NCBI GenBank assembly: GCA_977030845.1
Contig: OZ365110.1
Location: forward strand, 25,482,001-25,546,000
Length of the DNA stretch: 64,000 nt
DNA from: Fimbriosthenelais zetlandica
Taxonomy: Eukaryota
Direction: 5' to 3'
Shown here: piece after piece, positions 29,242 to 44,391 of the stretch
Numbering within the stretch: the first letter of the stretch is position 1
Layout of the letters: each line of letters opens with the position of its first letter
The notes under the pieces: model-generated
The model's database searches: none
What the model saw: only the letters and a program-made list of their open reading frames with translations
Told to the model about the DNA's origin: nothing
Position numbers and translations under genes: made by a program

Positions 29242-30846
29242 ATGTTTAGTTCCAAAGAATATCTCGAGAAGAAGACGGGACCTTATGGAATCGGCAGGTT
29301 CAGCTATCTACAATCGTTGGTTACAGAATTCCAGGACACGGACAGTGAAGGTAGGCCAAGCTCAAGGCAGGGGATGCTGCTTGAGGCCGGGCGGTCACCA
29401 ACCGCGGGGACCGCCGGTGTCAGGGTGTGTAGACAAAATATTCGCCCCGGGTCCCGCTCTGTGGAGTGGAGGGTGGCCTGGCTCAGTTTTAAACTTTGAA
29501 ACAACTTATCTTGGATTCTCTTGCTCTGATTATGAACAGATTTATCAATTTTACTAGTTTTAGCCTAAGCTTAAGACTTTTAATTAAATACAGATGACAA
29601 ATTAGTTACATGCGAATACCGTATTTAAATAAAATAATGGGGAAAGCAATCCATGTTTTATTTTCAGAAGCAAAGCTACAGGTCCTTGCTAACTTGGCAA
29701 ACTTTGCCTATGATCCAATTAATTATGATCATCTTCGGGTGTTGAAGGTGTTGGATCTCTTCCTTGGTAAGTTGTCATCTTAGTCTGTGCCTGCAGTAAT
29801 GTGGCATAATCAGTAAGGAACCTGTCTTGTGAAAACACTGCTAATCATAATTGATTGTAAACGGATTGAAATTAATATATAATTTCATGCATTATAGATT
29901 GCTTGACAGAGAAAAATTGAAATTAATATATATAACTTTATGCATTATAGATTGCTTGACAGAGAAAAATGAAGTCATGGTTGAATTTGCAACAGCAGGA
30001 ATTTGCAACCTTGCTCTTGGTAAGTATGACCCAGCAAATATCACCCCACTATTTTTCATTTCCAAGACAAATTTGACCTTTGATTTTGAATTCCTAGTTG
30101 CGGTGAAGCATTTAATCAATATCAAATGCATGGGTGAACACATCTCTTGTACCATATTTGCCAAATCATTGTGAAATTTGTCTTTTTCAGACAAAAGAAA
30201 CAAAGAATATCTACTGAAGAACAACGCTGTCAATGTTTTAATAGATTGCTTATCCAGGTAAATCGTGAAATTTTACAATGAGTTGATTGAAATGATTAAA
30301 TTTTCTACTGAGATATTTTAACATTTACTTATTTAATACAGTGCTAGAGAGGAGGCGGTCTTAAATGCTATAACAAGCTTGATGTTTCTCGTCACTCCAG
30401 AATCCAAATCAGGTAAAGACTTTGGGTCTTTTTCGATTTCATTTATCGTTTTTTCCCAACAATATAAGAAAACCGATTGTATAGACACTAAACTTTTCCT
30501 TTCCAGATATCACTGGCCTTCCTGTCATAGATGCAATGCTCAGATTTAGCCAGTCCAATAATACTCGATTGTCAAACATCGCTACAGTATTTTTAGAGGT
30601 AAGGTTAAGAAAACGTGGGAGATAGACCATAGATATCTTACCAACGTTGTTACTATATCTATGGGAGGACAGCCTCCGGGTTAGGGATTTGAAATTTTAA
30701 TCAAATCATTTTATTTACAGGACTATTGTTCCCCCGCCCAAATAGAGGAAGCACGGCAGATGTGGAGGGAAGAAGAGACGACTGAAGGGGACGTATCGTC
30801 AGAGATGTCTGCCATCACAGAACAAAATCTTCAGGATACGGGATAG
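29242..30846 (+). CDS. ARMC7: Armadillo repeat-containing protein 7; exons 29242-29350, 29668-29766, 29951-30019, 30191-30257, 30342-30412, 30507-30598, 30721-30846
   Basis: Contains GRFSYLQSLVTEFQDT, AKLQVLANLANFAYDPINY, VEFATAGICNL and VFLEDYC, which match ARMC7. Confidence 0.92.
29865..29968 (+). repeat. About 52-bp tandem duplication spanning the ARMC7 exon 3 splice acceptor
   Basis: Two near-identical copies of ATTGAAATTAATATATA..T(C/T)ATGCATTATAG|ATTGCTTGACAGAGAAAA, with acceptor AGs at 29896-29897 and 29949-29950. Confidence 0.92.
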
Positions 30847-31484
30847 TTGACTGAAAATAATAAATAATTATTTAATATTTTCCCAGTAGGCCTAACTATC
30901 AAATGTTCCATGCCTTATAATAGTAAATCCTCTGAATAGTGAACATACTTTTCTCCAGATTTCTCAAGAGCCTCGTATTTTTACAAGTCTCCAATATATT
31001 CACCATAATATGGATGTTATTCTGGAGTTTAATTGCATGGGAAATTGAACTTAAAATGTGTTGTATATATTAACAAAATCGAGTACATTATGTGTATTAT
31101 CATCATATTTGACTTTATTACACAATTTGTAAAAACCAGGGTGAACGACACTTTTTAATACATTTAATAGGTATGTGAAACTTGGGCATAAAATTGCTTC
31201 TTGCTACAGGTTTGGATTTCGTACGTTTTTATTAGAGTAAAGCTTACCTGTTCATAAAAACGAAGGTTATTTAATTATTAATTAATTTAAAATCTGACGC
31301 TGCTCATAAATACTTTATAAAATACAGTGTCTTTTCTATAAGCAATTTCCAAAAATGAAAATCCAATTATAGAATATTATTTTTCTACCGATATCCCTAT
31401 ATTTTTACCTTTAAAATGTGTTATTTCTATGGTGTATATTTAGTAAAATTCGTGTATATTTCATAAATAATATCTTTGTTATAT

Positions 31485-33781
31485 TTATTCTCGTGGTTGA
31501 GAAATTGCATCTGTCCTAGAATAGACTGGTGTCTGAGCTTTGAAGTGGGAGTTAGCATAAAGCCCGCTCTCGTCTTGCCATGTGTTCCTGCCCCGTCGTC
31601 TGTAGTCTGCTGTATCGGTGTACTGTGAATGACACCGTCTGTAGGCTGGAGTATAGTTAGAAGTGTCGGCCAACTTCTCCTACAATAAAGTGATTTTTTT
31701 TTTGTAAAATTAAAATAAGTTTCTTGAGTGGATGTGTTTCTTGCGCTCTGCTCTGTGACAAATTTCATGAATTTAAGTCAATTTTCTTTACCTGGGTTTT
31801 AACATACCGATTATCGGATACCACTGATTGTTTAGGTATCACATTTTTTCGTTGTTGTACCCACCTGATTGGGAGTGTAGAGAAATGGTGGTTTGTAATC
31901 TGCCTTGTTCGTAGTCTCCAGGTGAACTTTGTTATGTTCAGGGTGATGATGGGGCAGTACAGATCCGTACCCACGGGATGGCGCACCAGTATCTCTACAT
32001 GGATAGACCAGAAAATTGGTAAAATTAGTCCAAAATTGAGAGCTCGAATGATCTCATACACGCAAAGCATATTATATTAGTTTTCTTAATTGCCATGTAC
32101 AAGTAAGAATTAATACAACTGCAAACAAAAATGGTCACTAAAAGTTGGGACTCAAAAGGTATTTATTAGTGTCCAGAGGTGGTCAATATCTGAGGCCAAA
32201 AGAAGTAAATGGCTATTTACCGGTCTAGATTGAAAGTCATGCCGGTTTCAGTGTTGATCATGGGTTTCTTGGCATCTTTCTCCGTGAAGTCCTCTTTTAG
32301 GTTGTATTGATCACCCAAGTCTTGGTACGTGGTGTTAGGCAGGGTACCGTCTGTCACGTCACCAATTCTGTCATACGTGGCCTTACACAAGTCGCGTACA
32401 TTGTCATGACTGATGTCATAATCCTTGGGTTCTGCTTCACGTGCTTGATGCCTACAAATTAAATAAGGAAATTAAAACTTGATCTTGCTATGAAAATAAT
32501 TTTCTTTAATGAAATTTGAAATACTTAAATGTTTAAGCCTAGGCAGTAGTGATGGTAATAGGCTTTATGAAATCAGTATTCATCAGTACTGAAAATACGT
32601 TGTATTATTTCCCATATTTCTAGATTTTTAAAATGTCTTCCAACAAGTCTTCTATAACATTCATGTAATTTGTATAATATAATTACTTTTCATTGATCTA
32701 CTACCGATAGACATAAGGAATAGGCCTACGGCTCAAACAAAAATTGTATTGCAGCTAAAAGCAGATTGGAAATGAATTTTGTTGATGAATATCATTTACA
32801 TGTACGGTATCTGGAAACATATTCATCGCTTTCATTGCTACAATGCTAGGTAATCAAAGCAGATTATTATAATGGTTTCTAATTAAGCAGTGGTGTAATC
32901 AGTGTACATCTACTGATCTAGGGAATTTTCACAATTCCCTTTATGACACAGATTTTGCTGTATTTTCAGTTACTAAATAATTATTGTGCCCCATGCAGTT
33001 AAATACAAGTCAGGAACCTTTTCATATCATCTTCTTTTGTGCTGAAAAACAATGCAAATGTTTAGTAGAGATCTATTATTAAATCTTAAGTTAAATGGAT
33101 CATTCAATTCACACCTGAGCAAAAGCCTGTTACTTCACTGTCACACACACACAAAACTATTATACATGATGTATTGTGAATGAAAACGTCATTCCTGCAA
33201 ATCCAGATAGGGAAATGATTGTGCAAAATTTATCCCTTTCAAGTGTTCCATTCATTTCAAAATTTGTAGAAATCTTTCATAGATCTAGACAGTAAATGAT
33301 GTAAAAATGAGTTATGAAGTGAAGAAGTTCGAAAAATTTTATGAGATGTCATTACAACAACGCAGGTTACAACAAGTCAGAGTTAGTTTTTGCCTGGTGG
33401 TAAAGGTAAGGCAAGGCAGATTACATTCAGCGAGTTCCAAAAACCTTACCATTCCAAGCCAGTGCTAAAAATAAATTAGACTGCATCATAAATTGTATTT
33501 AATTCAACGATTCATAATAAAAATAATCCTATTCGAATAATTAAGTGGTACATCTGCATAAGGAATAAAGTAGCCAATAGTAGATAATATCTTTAACATT
33601 ATTCTCAAACCCATATCATAATCACAGATTAATAATGGCAGAGTCTCAGAACAAAATTAATCTCAGAAACTCACCAGTTAGAATTAAGAGTCGCCCGACT
33701 GTAATTCATATGTCCCGATCTAAGGAAAAGTGAACCTTTCCTCTCATTAAAATCCGGCAGGCTGGCGTAGTTTGTTGCCAT
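31485..33781 (-). CDS. CFAP95: Cilia- and flagella-associated protein 95 (C9orf135)-like; exons 33781-33675, 32451-32221, 31994-31865, 31679-31485
   Basis: Contains PDFNERKGSLFLRS, WHQAREAEPKDYDI, LCKATYDRIG, RDTGAPSRGYGSVLPHH and RRCHSQYTD..RRGRNTWQDESGLYANS, all matching the recalled C9orf135 sequence. Phases are consistent. Confidence 0.88.
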
Positions 33782-33870
33782 TTTGTTTTCGTCTGGGAAA
33801 TAACTACTATTCAAGAAAGCAGTTATTTTCTTGTAAAGACGAGGGAGAAGTGAAGCGGGGAAAAGAGGTG

Positions 33871-33905
33871 ATTGTTTACACCGGAAGTACTGGTTACCTA
33901 GCAGC
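33871..33905. promoter_or_regulatory. Forkhead (FOXJ1-type), ETS and RFX X-box-like motifs upstream of CFAP95
   Basis: TGTTTAC (33873-33879), CCGGAAGT (33881-33888) and GTTACCTAGCAGC (33893-33905) cluster about 100 bp upstream of the CFAP95 ATG. Confidence 0.55.
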
Positions 33906-34216
33906 AGGCCGCCATCAGTTAGTTTCCTCGCTGCCCTGGAGTGGCGCTCTGATCGCGAAGTAAAATTTTCCCGCCAGGCTCCAAAGAACCACTCATCCTT
34001 GTATTACAGGGATTTATCACACACATCCCCAGCTCACTCTCATCTCTTGGCTCTTTACCATTATCTAATCAGCCAAAAAGCACTTCATGACATCATAGGT
34101 CTAATTTCATACCTAACCACTCGGTTCAACAACGTCACACCCAATCTCTTTGGACAGATATATTTTCCACTCATTTGGACATAGACTGTTGACAGCGCGC
34201 TACTTGCCTATTTGAG

Positions 34217-37200
34217 ATGGCCTTGTTCTGGATATCTGTGTTAAATGTCTGCCTGATTTTCACTGTTGGCGCCACTTTTCCAGCCAATGAATATGAGTAT
34301 TCTGTAAAGCGGCAATGGCTATTTGAAGCGGAGGAAAAGTTTGAAGGGAAGATAAACGATTTAAATCAGGTAACGGTAGAACAGTTTTTTCAATCGTTAT
34401 TAGACCCGTCGCTTTTTTTTGCAGTTCGTTTTTATTTATGTTTTTCTCGAAATATTGTTTAATCGTAACTTATTTTGAGTAAGTCTGAGCAATTTTCTAA
34501 ATAAAAGAAATTCCCGGAAAAATCGTTTTGGGGTGTTTTAACATTAGGCCTAGGCCTACATAGATGGGCGTACATTTTTCAGGCAGGAGAATTATCCTAT
34601 ATTGTCTGGAGTATATTCAAATACTAGGCTACATACAGCCCTGATAGTCTGGACTACTTAAAAATTACGTAGCCCAGGCAGGAAAATACGCCTCATTCCG
34701 AGAGCGGGCAATATTGGCTTGAGAGGGGGCAATATGTGCTACTATTACCCGCTCTCAAACTAACCATATCTCATATCTGATTATAAATATGAGATATTTG
34801 TGATATATAGTCTCATGGAGCATTATATAACGTTCAGTCACAAGCGCTCAGCGCTACGCAAGCAGATTTTGTTTTTTTAATGGAAAAGAGGCCATAATTA
34901 TGTTATCAGAATGTTAAGCATACTTGACCAAAATTGTTTTGGGGGGACTTGAACAGTTTGCTTAACCTAGCCTATATTTATTCTATTTCGCTGCTAACCA
35001 CAAAGGATTCCCTGTACAAATAAAATAACGGAAAGTTAGTTAAGACGAAATGAGACATAATTCAGGGTAGCTCTTCAAAACCAGTCATATTGATCAATAA
35101 TATATTGACCGTACATTTCCCCTACTCATATACAATCTATAATGATTGATGATTTGACATAGATTTAATTCTCTGTCACGCTGATTTATGATCAATGACA
35201 TTCCCTAAGTCAGGTGCATGATGATAAATATAATGTCCTGATAATGATATTAGGTCCTTAGACTTGGAGGAATCAAGGATTACTAGGCCTATGCTATGCG
35301 AGAGGAATTCGTACAGTGTACTGGATAATTATTATGGCATAAAAACAGACAGAAAAAATAATGTTACAATTATTGCAATAAAAATTACCGTTTGTCAAAA
35401 CATAGCCTCAGCGACAGAGCCAGTTTCTGACGGACAATGGCGTATTCAAGATGTTATCTTATCAGACCGGTTTGACTACTTTTGATAGAGCATTATCATA
35501 GAACAATAAATGTAAATACATGTAACAATAGACCATTATAAGTATTTATCATCCAATATCTGTCTAAATTGAAAAGTGAACACATCCAACTCACAAGGGC
35601 CTCTAATTAATAATAATAATAATTTCTACAAAACCGGTACCGGTAATTTTCTTGTAGAATGAGACACTGGTAGATCATTATTTGCAATACCTGAAGTGGG
35701 CAGAGTTTAAAGCCACCCAGCACCGTTTTCTGCCTTTCTTACCTGTCAATCAAACAACCATGGTTGAAATTATGCAGTCATCCGTCTACAAGGCGTTAGT
35801 TCATCTCCCAAAGGGGGGTAGCATGCATACCCATGAGAGTGAGTAGTCTCCTAATGAATGCAAAGTAATACTTTTAAAACGACTACCGGTATTTATTAAT
35901 ATAGGCAGTAACATGTATATATATGATACCATACCAATAGTTTTTTTAAACTTAATCATAGACTTTATATTTTTGCTTTGTTATTTAACTGAAGTAGATT
36001 ATAACATAGACCAATTTGTAGGTCTATATGTTTAAAAGTAGGGCCTAACTAAGTTATGTAATGTTATAATATTCTATTTGACTCCTAGAATGATCTAAAA
36101 CATGCATTTCTGTTTGCTCAATATGGCTACCACCAGATCATGAAGTTAGTAGGGCTGACCTACTGGACATGCTGTGGGACTCTGATGAATTCCAGTATCT
36201 GTATGTGACTACAGAGGAATATGAGCGTGGTCCCTGGAGACTGGACTTCTTTGTTAGACCACCTGATGAGATAGGGTGGCTGAAAATGGATGAAAGCAAC
36301 GTCACTAAGGTTAAAATAATATATTTGAGATAATAATATAGGTACAGTGTAATATTATGTATACATGTATACATAAAAGTTATGGGTCTATCAGCTTAGG
36401 CCTCCAAATGGCTGAAATACAATTCAGTAACCTTTCTGATTTAAAGCTCCTGGTTTGTGGACTGAACTGGTTGTATACTTTAACTTAATATATTTTGTTT
36501 TGACAGGAGGAACTTCTATCAACCCAGACCCTGTTGGGAGTTATGACAGACTATGCCAAATCTAACCCCTCCAACTCCGGTCAGCGATGGATGGAAATGA
36601 ACCCACTCTGGGGCAGGGCTGCTGGTCTTCTAAATAACATCAATATTAAAAAAGCTTATATTCAGAAGATGTATGAGAAAAACCTAAAGGAGGGTGTCCA
36701 GTATTTAGAAACCAGGAAGTCAGTAGGCAGTTCACGTCTGTATAGGTTGGACCCAGATGAGGAAAGCAACGATGGAAAAGTTTTTCTGGAAACTAAAGAA
36801 AATGCAGGTGAACTGGAAATAAACATCACCATGGAAATACTTGAAGATTTCATTAAAGAGAATCCATCATTTATTGGTCATAAAACGATAACCTACACAA
36901 CAAGGAGTAACACTGACTTGAATTACAACTGGAAGAACATGGAGAAAGCACTCAGATTACACAAAATGTATCCAGACCATCTTGTTGGATTTGATTTGGT
37001 TGGTGAGGAAGATGCAGGGAACTCTCATTTGTTCTTCCTTGAAAACTTTATGAAACTTTATGATCCAAACACTGGAGAAACAAAGATACCATTGTTCCAG
37101 CATACAGGGGAGAGCAGCTGGCCTCAGGATCTCATTACGTCCCGTAATGACAAGGACCCAGTGTCGACAAACCAGAACACGTACGAAGCCATACTGATGG

Positions 37201-38066
37201 GTTCACGTAGAGTGGGTCATGGACTAGCTTATTACAAACACCCATACTTAATGAAACTCCTCAAGGACAAAGATGTAGCTATTGAGATATGCCCCGTGAG
37301 TAACCAGATTCTCGGATTTATTCCAGACATCAGAAACCACCCCGCTGTGGAATACATCAGAACTGGTCTTCCAGTCATCCTTGGAACAGATGATCCAGGA
37401 ACGTTTGGAGTGGACCACTTCAACCTGGATTGGTACATGGCATTCATGGCTTGGGGCTTAGACTTAACAGACATGAAGAAGATTTCATACAATGCTGTCA
37501 AATACAGTGCCATGACGGACGCAGAGAAGATAAATGCCAATGGAAAACTAGACGCAGCCTGGGAAAAGTACATTGATGAGATATTGGTCGACGCATGTTC
37601 AATCAGTTCTACTTCTGTTCCAGTAGTTGGGCGTCTATTACCAAGGGAAGGAGCCAAAATAGGTGGTACCAAAATCCACATCTTTGGTCACAATTTCGAG
37701 GCTGCCATCCAGGAGATGTGTGAAGGAAGATATCCAAGGTGTCGCTTTGGTGAAAAGGAAACTCCAGCTCTATACCTTAGTAACTACCATATTGTTTGTG
37801 AGGCACCCAAGCCAGATGCTGAGAATGTCACTGAGGTCGATGTGAGCCTGTCTCTCGTCCATGGAAAATGGTTAGAAACTGGACAGAAATTTGTCTACAA
37901 ATATGATGAATTTACAACTACCATAGACATAGAAACAACTACTGAACCACCCACAACCACCGAATCATACTCAGGAAGTAGATCCAGCCACAAACAAAAT
38001 ATGCTTCCTGCAATCTTCCTTTCATTCTGTCTTCTTAAAATATTTGCTAAATTAGTAACCTTCTAA
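34217..38066 (+). CDS. ADA2: Adenosine deaminase 2 (CECR1/ADGF family) with a C-terminal IPT/TIG domain, Thr-rich stalk and hydrophobic tail; exons 34217-34369, 35658-35838, 36137-36309, 36507-38066
   Basis: Signal peptide MALFWISVLNVCLIFTVGA, followed by LPKGGSMHTHE, GFDLVGEED, QHTGES, RRVGHG, IEICPVSNQILG and LGTDDPG. The TIG domain reads PVVGRLLPREG..GGTKIHIFGHNF...CRFG...IVCEAP. Confidence 0.9.
34700..34797. repeat. Paired inverted repeats (foldback or MITE remnant) in ADA2 intron 1
   Basis: GAGAGCGGGCAATA (34700-34713) pairs with TATTACCCGCTCTC (34743-34756), and ATATCTCATAT pairs with ATATGAGATAT (34766-34797). Confidence 0.6.
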
Positions 38067-38651
38067 TTTTGATAAGCCTCAGACATAATGATATTCAATA
38101 ATTCAAGCCTCATTGCAAAGTAAAATGCCGACTTAGTAATATCGTAGGAAAAACGGAAAAAAGAATATTTAATTTTATAACAAATATATTTTTGATGTAG
38201 ATATAAATTAACATAATTATATACCGTGATTTTTTATTCTATATACATACCGACAACCGATGAAAGCAAGAATAATGTCCCAGAACTATAAACGCATTTC
38301 ATTAACATTACATAATTATTACCTGTTATATTCAGGTAGATGTATATAATCTAATTCTGTGTGACTTCCGTTTGATATTGAATACAATATATTTTGAAAT
38401 GATCATCTTATTTCATTGGTTCATTCATATTGATTTCTCTTAGAGTGTCGCCCAATTCCGTAGTGACGTGATCTCACATGCATGCATGCAGTTTTCATCC
38501 AAGATATCCATAAAGAATGAGGTATAGTAGTTGTATGAGACGGCCAAATGGTAAGACCATCGAACCACTTCCTGCAAAGGCATATTGTTGTAATACCCGG
38601 TAGATTATAAAATTGGTAAAATTAATCATGTTATATGTCATAATTATTTGA

Positions 38652-41553
<2,902 letters not shown>

Positions 41554-42850
41554 ATTCTCACTCTGATGTGGCCGTGGTATTAGTTAGTCCAGAAATATAA
41601 AAGACTTGAATTATTCCTTGAGGCTGATGGAATGATGATCTACCGTTTGACACGCTTGGGTTGTTCTAGGTCACAGTGTCAAGGTTTTTCTAACATTAGA
41701 ATGGAGGAGGGGGTCAATTCTGTATTTCATTCCGACATGAGATCTTGGTAAAAGAGACCTCCTTGAGAAGTTTGAGAATCTACGGGAGATAAGTCCCTCG
41801 CTGTCCCATAATCATTCAACCTCAGAAATTAAATCAAAAACAGCGCTTCAGACATTCTGCTTTATTTTCCTGAATTCTTCTGCTCACATTCAGATCTAAG
41901 CAATCGTTTCCCTTTTGGCATCTGTCGATGTCTTTTAAAATAATATTATCAGAGATCGAGTGTTAGACTTCTTTTTGTATCACAAAAGAACGAGAACTAG
42001 AAATATAAATCAATAGCCATTAATTGTTACTTTGGATATAAACATACATACTGCTTCCACGAAAAAGTATAAATCTCACACACGGAAGAAATAAACAGAC
42101 GTATTCGCTCCTTGAAATTCACGAAACAAACAAGTTACATAAAGCACGCATCATCTTTACATTTACAATATAGCAAATGGAAGTACTATCTAGGATAATA
42201 TATACTCTTTGTTACCCCTTTATTATCAAGAAATATAATGGCTAGAATTTTGGCAATACATGTATAGTTTTAGCTTTTCCTTATTGTTTTAGGTAGCACT
42301 TGTAGTTAAAAAAGCAAATCCATATGGACTTTATTATTTAGATCTTCACACTCACTTAAATAAACAATTTTCACAAAACGAGAAGCAAACACGACAATTA
42401 TCTCATACACTGAAACTTACAATGCCATTATGCAATTTGCTTCCATAATAAACTGTTCTTCACTAAGTACCACTTAAAATAAAATTAAAGTTACAATGTC
42501 AAATAAATTAGCTGAGCAAGAACACTTAAGTGGCGGGATTTGTTAAGTAGAGATCCTTTCAATTTCACTGAACGACACACTGTTGTCTTTTCTTTGTATG
42601 TAAAATATACAAATTCAATATCTTGGAAAAGAACACACGCTAAAAAGTTTAATTACAAAAATCAGATGCCTTTATAGACAAGATGCACCCTCAATTTATG
42701 AGCCGTCGCACGAGACCTTTTTAGAAATGTCTTTTTTGTTTGAATATGGGAAAAAATTCCATTTGAAGGAACTGAAACGTCTGGGACACCTTGACTTATC
42801 GAAAAGGTCAATACGAGGATGGCCTTATTGACCTCTTACTCCAACGCCAC

Positions 42851-43570
42851 TTATTGGAGTATGTGGCTTATATGGCCCTGGAATAAAGATAAAAATAAGT
42901 ATTGAGAATAATACAGCGAAATCGGACCTCGAACTCAAATGTTCAGGAACCAATGACATTCTTTGTTATTTTTGAAATACCGGTACATGTATTGAAAAAG
43001 GCTAATTAAATTTGAATGAAAAAAGTATAATGCTTACCCCCTCCCCAGCAACACAGCGGAGACATCTTTTTGGGATGGCAGGAACAACATGTTTGGGTAG
43101 AGAGAGTCTGGCATTGAAAGAACCAGAGAGTTCAGTCCATACAGCCTGCTCATTGACACGGTCTGGGGTCTCCATTGGTTCCTCTGTAGGTGTAACCTCA
43201 GACGTGCGGTTACACGGACGCTTCTGTAACAATGAAAATACAGTAAAAAATGTATATACCGAACACTGTGGGAACTGAGACGTGTTATCCAGTCTTTCCC
43301 ACTGGCCCTTCGGACTGTAAATTCAGAGACATTTCCTAATGGAAGTTGTGCAATTGTTACAATACATTCCACCAGAATTTGTTTTAGTCAAGTTTGTACT
43401 TAGACTTATCTTCTCAAAGTTGCCCATGCAAAATTTGCCCATGCAAAATTAACAATTAAAATACCCAAATGGACATTATCCTCTACGACCGAGTCGACCA
43501 AAGGATGACTGAATCTCACCAAGATAGCTGCCTGTGGTGGAGCTTCACATTCAGACTTTCTTCTTCCCAT
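42851..43570 (-). CDS. 87-aa microprotein, C10orf143-like; exons 43570-43520, 43223-43038, 42877-42851
   Basis: Three phase-0 exons joined by GT-AG introns give MGRRKSECEAPPQAAIL-KRPC...PKRCLRCVAGEG-GHISHILQ*. The C-terminal CLRCxxGExGHxxH motif matches my recollection of C10orf143. TATAAA lies at 43758-43753 on the minus strand upstream. Confidence 0.7.
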
Positions 43571-44180
43571 AACTATTATCTCTCAAATATTAAAATAATA
43601 AAATATCTCCAATTAACAGATCAGTATGTGCACCACACTCCTAGTCTTCGAACAGTGATCTTCAGTCAATGACGGACCTATTGATGTGGAGACGAGAGTC
43701 TGAGTGAATCCTTTGTTTGAGAAAACTGGTTCACGCCGACTACTGCACTTCCTTTATATCCTTAATTAATGTACACACAGTCTCTGAACTATGTATGAAT
43801 AGGGAAACAGCTGATAGCCGATACACTGAAGGTGGATGGGTTAGTCACCCCTCTAGTGGATATTTTCTGTGCTAAGGATGCTTGAGAAATTGTTTTATAT
43901 GGGCATATGTGTGTGAACTTTACTTATCAGGGCCGGGGACAGAGTGAAGTGTTTCCTACAACAGGTGTGGTTAAAGTCGTTAATTCACTTATTTATCTAC
44001 GTGAGACAATTTAGCTCAGGCTTGTGGGTAGCCCGGCTAATATAATGTAAAGAAATATTTCGACATTAAGTGGTTTCCAAATCCGTGGATATGAATGTGG
44101 TTTCCACCAATCGTGCTATAATAAATGAGTTAAAACACCACCCAATATCTAGCCAGTATAACCAGCCCAATGAATACTAA

Positions 44181-44391
44181 GAGGGCCCGTCCTTAAGTCC
44201 TTATGTCCTTCCTTTTGTAAGTTATTAGTATGTAGGCCCTACTTAAATCTTAGGAAAACCTTTCCTAGATTTAAGTACGGTACAGATGAATTTTATACTG
44301 ATTTTGTGTCTAGCAGTTAGTACTGAAAACTAAGTAGGATTTAAGGACGCACCCGGTACTTAAAAGGAAGGACGTGCTTAAATCTGGGGGC
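44181..44391. mobile_element. Nested-palindrome MITE-like element
   Basis: GTCCTTCCTTTT (44205-44216) pairs with AAAAGGAAGGAC (44362-44373). An inner palindrome TACTTAAATCT (44240-44250) pairs with AGATTTAAGTA (44267-44277). The ends resemble GGGCCC. Confidence 0.6.

Noticed and set aside
29918-29920. In-frame TGA as possible selenocysteine or readthrough
   Set aside because: It is explained by the duplicated acceptor; the sequence that follows is intron copy and no SECIS is evident.
43034-43372. 112-aa ORF MECIVTIAQL... overlapping the microprotein
   Set aside because: It is a different frame that reads through a polypyrimidine acceptor. The KRPC...CLRC frame gives phase-consistent splicing and a conserved-looking motif.
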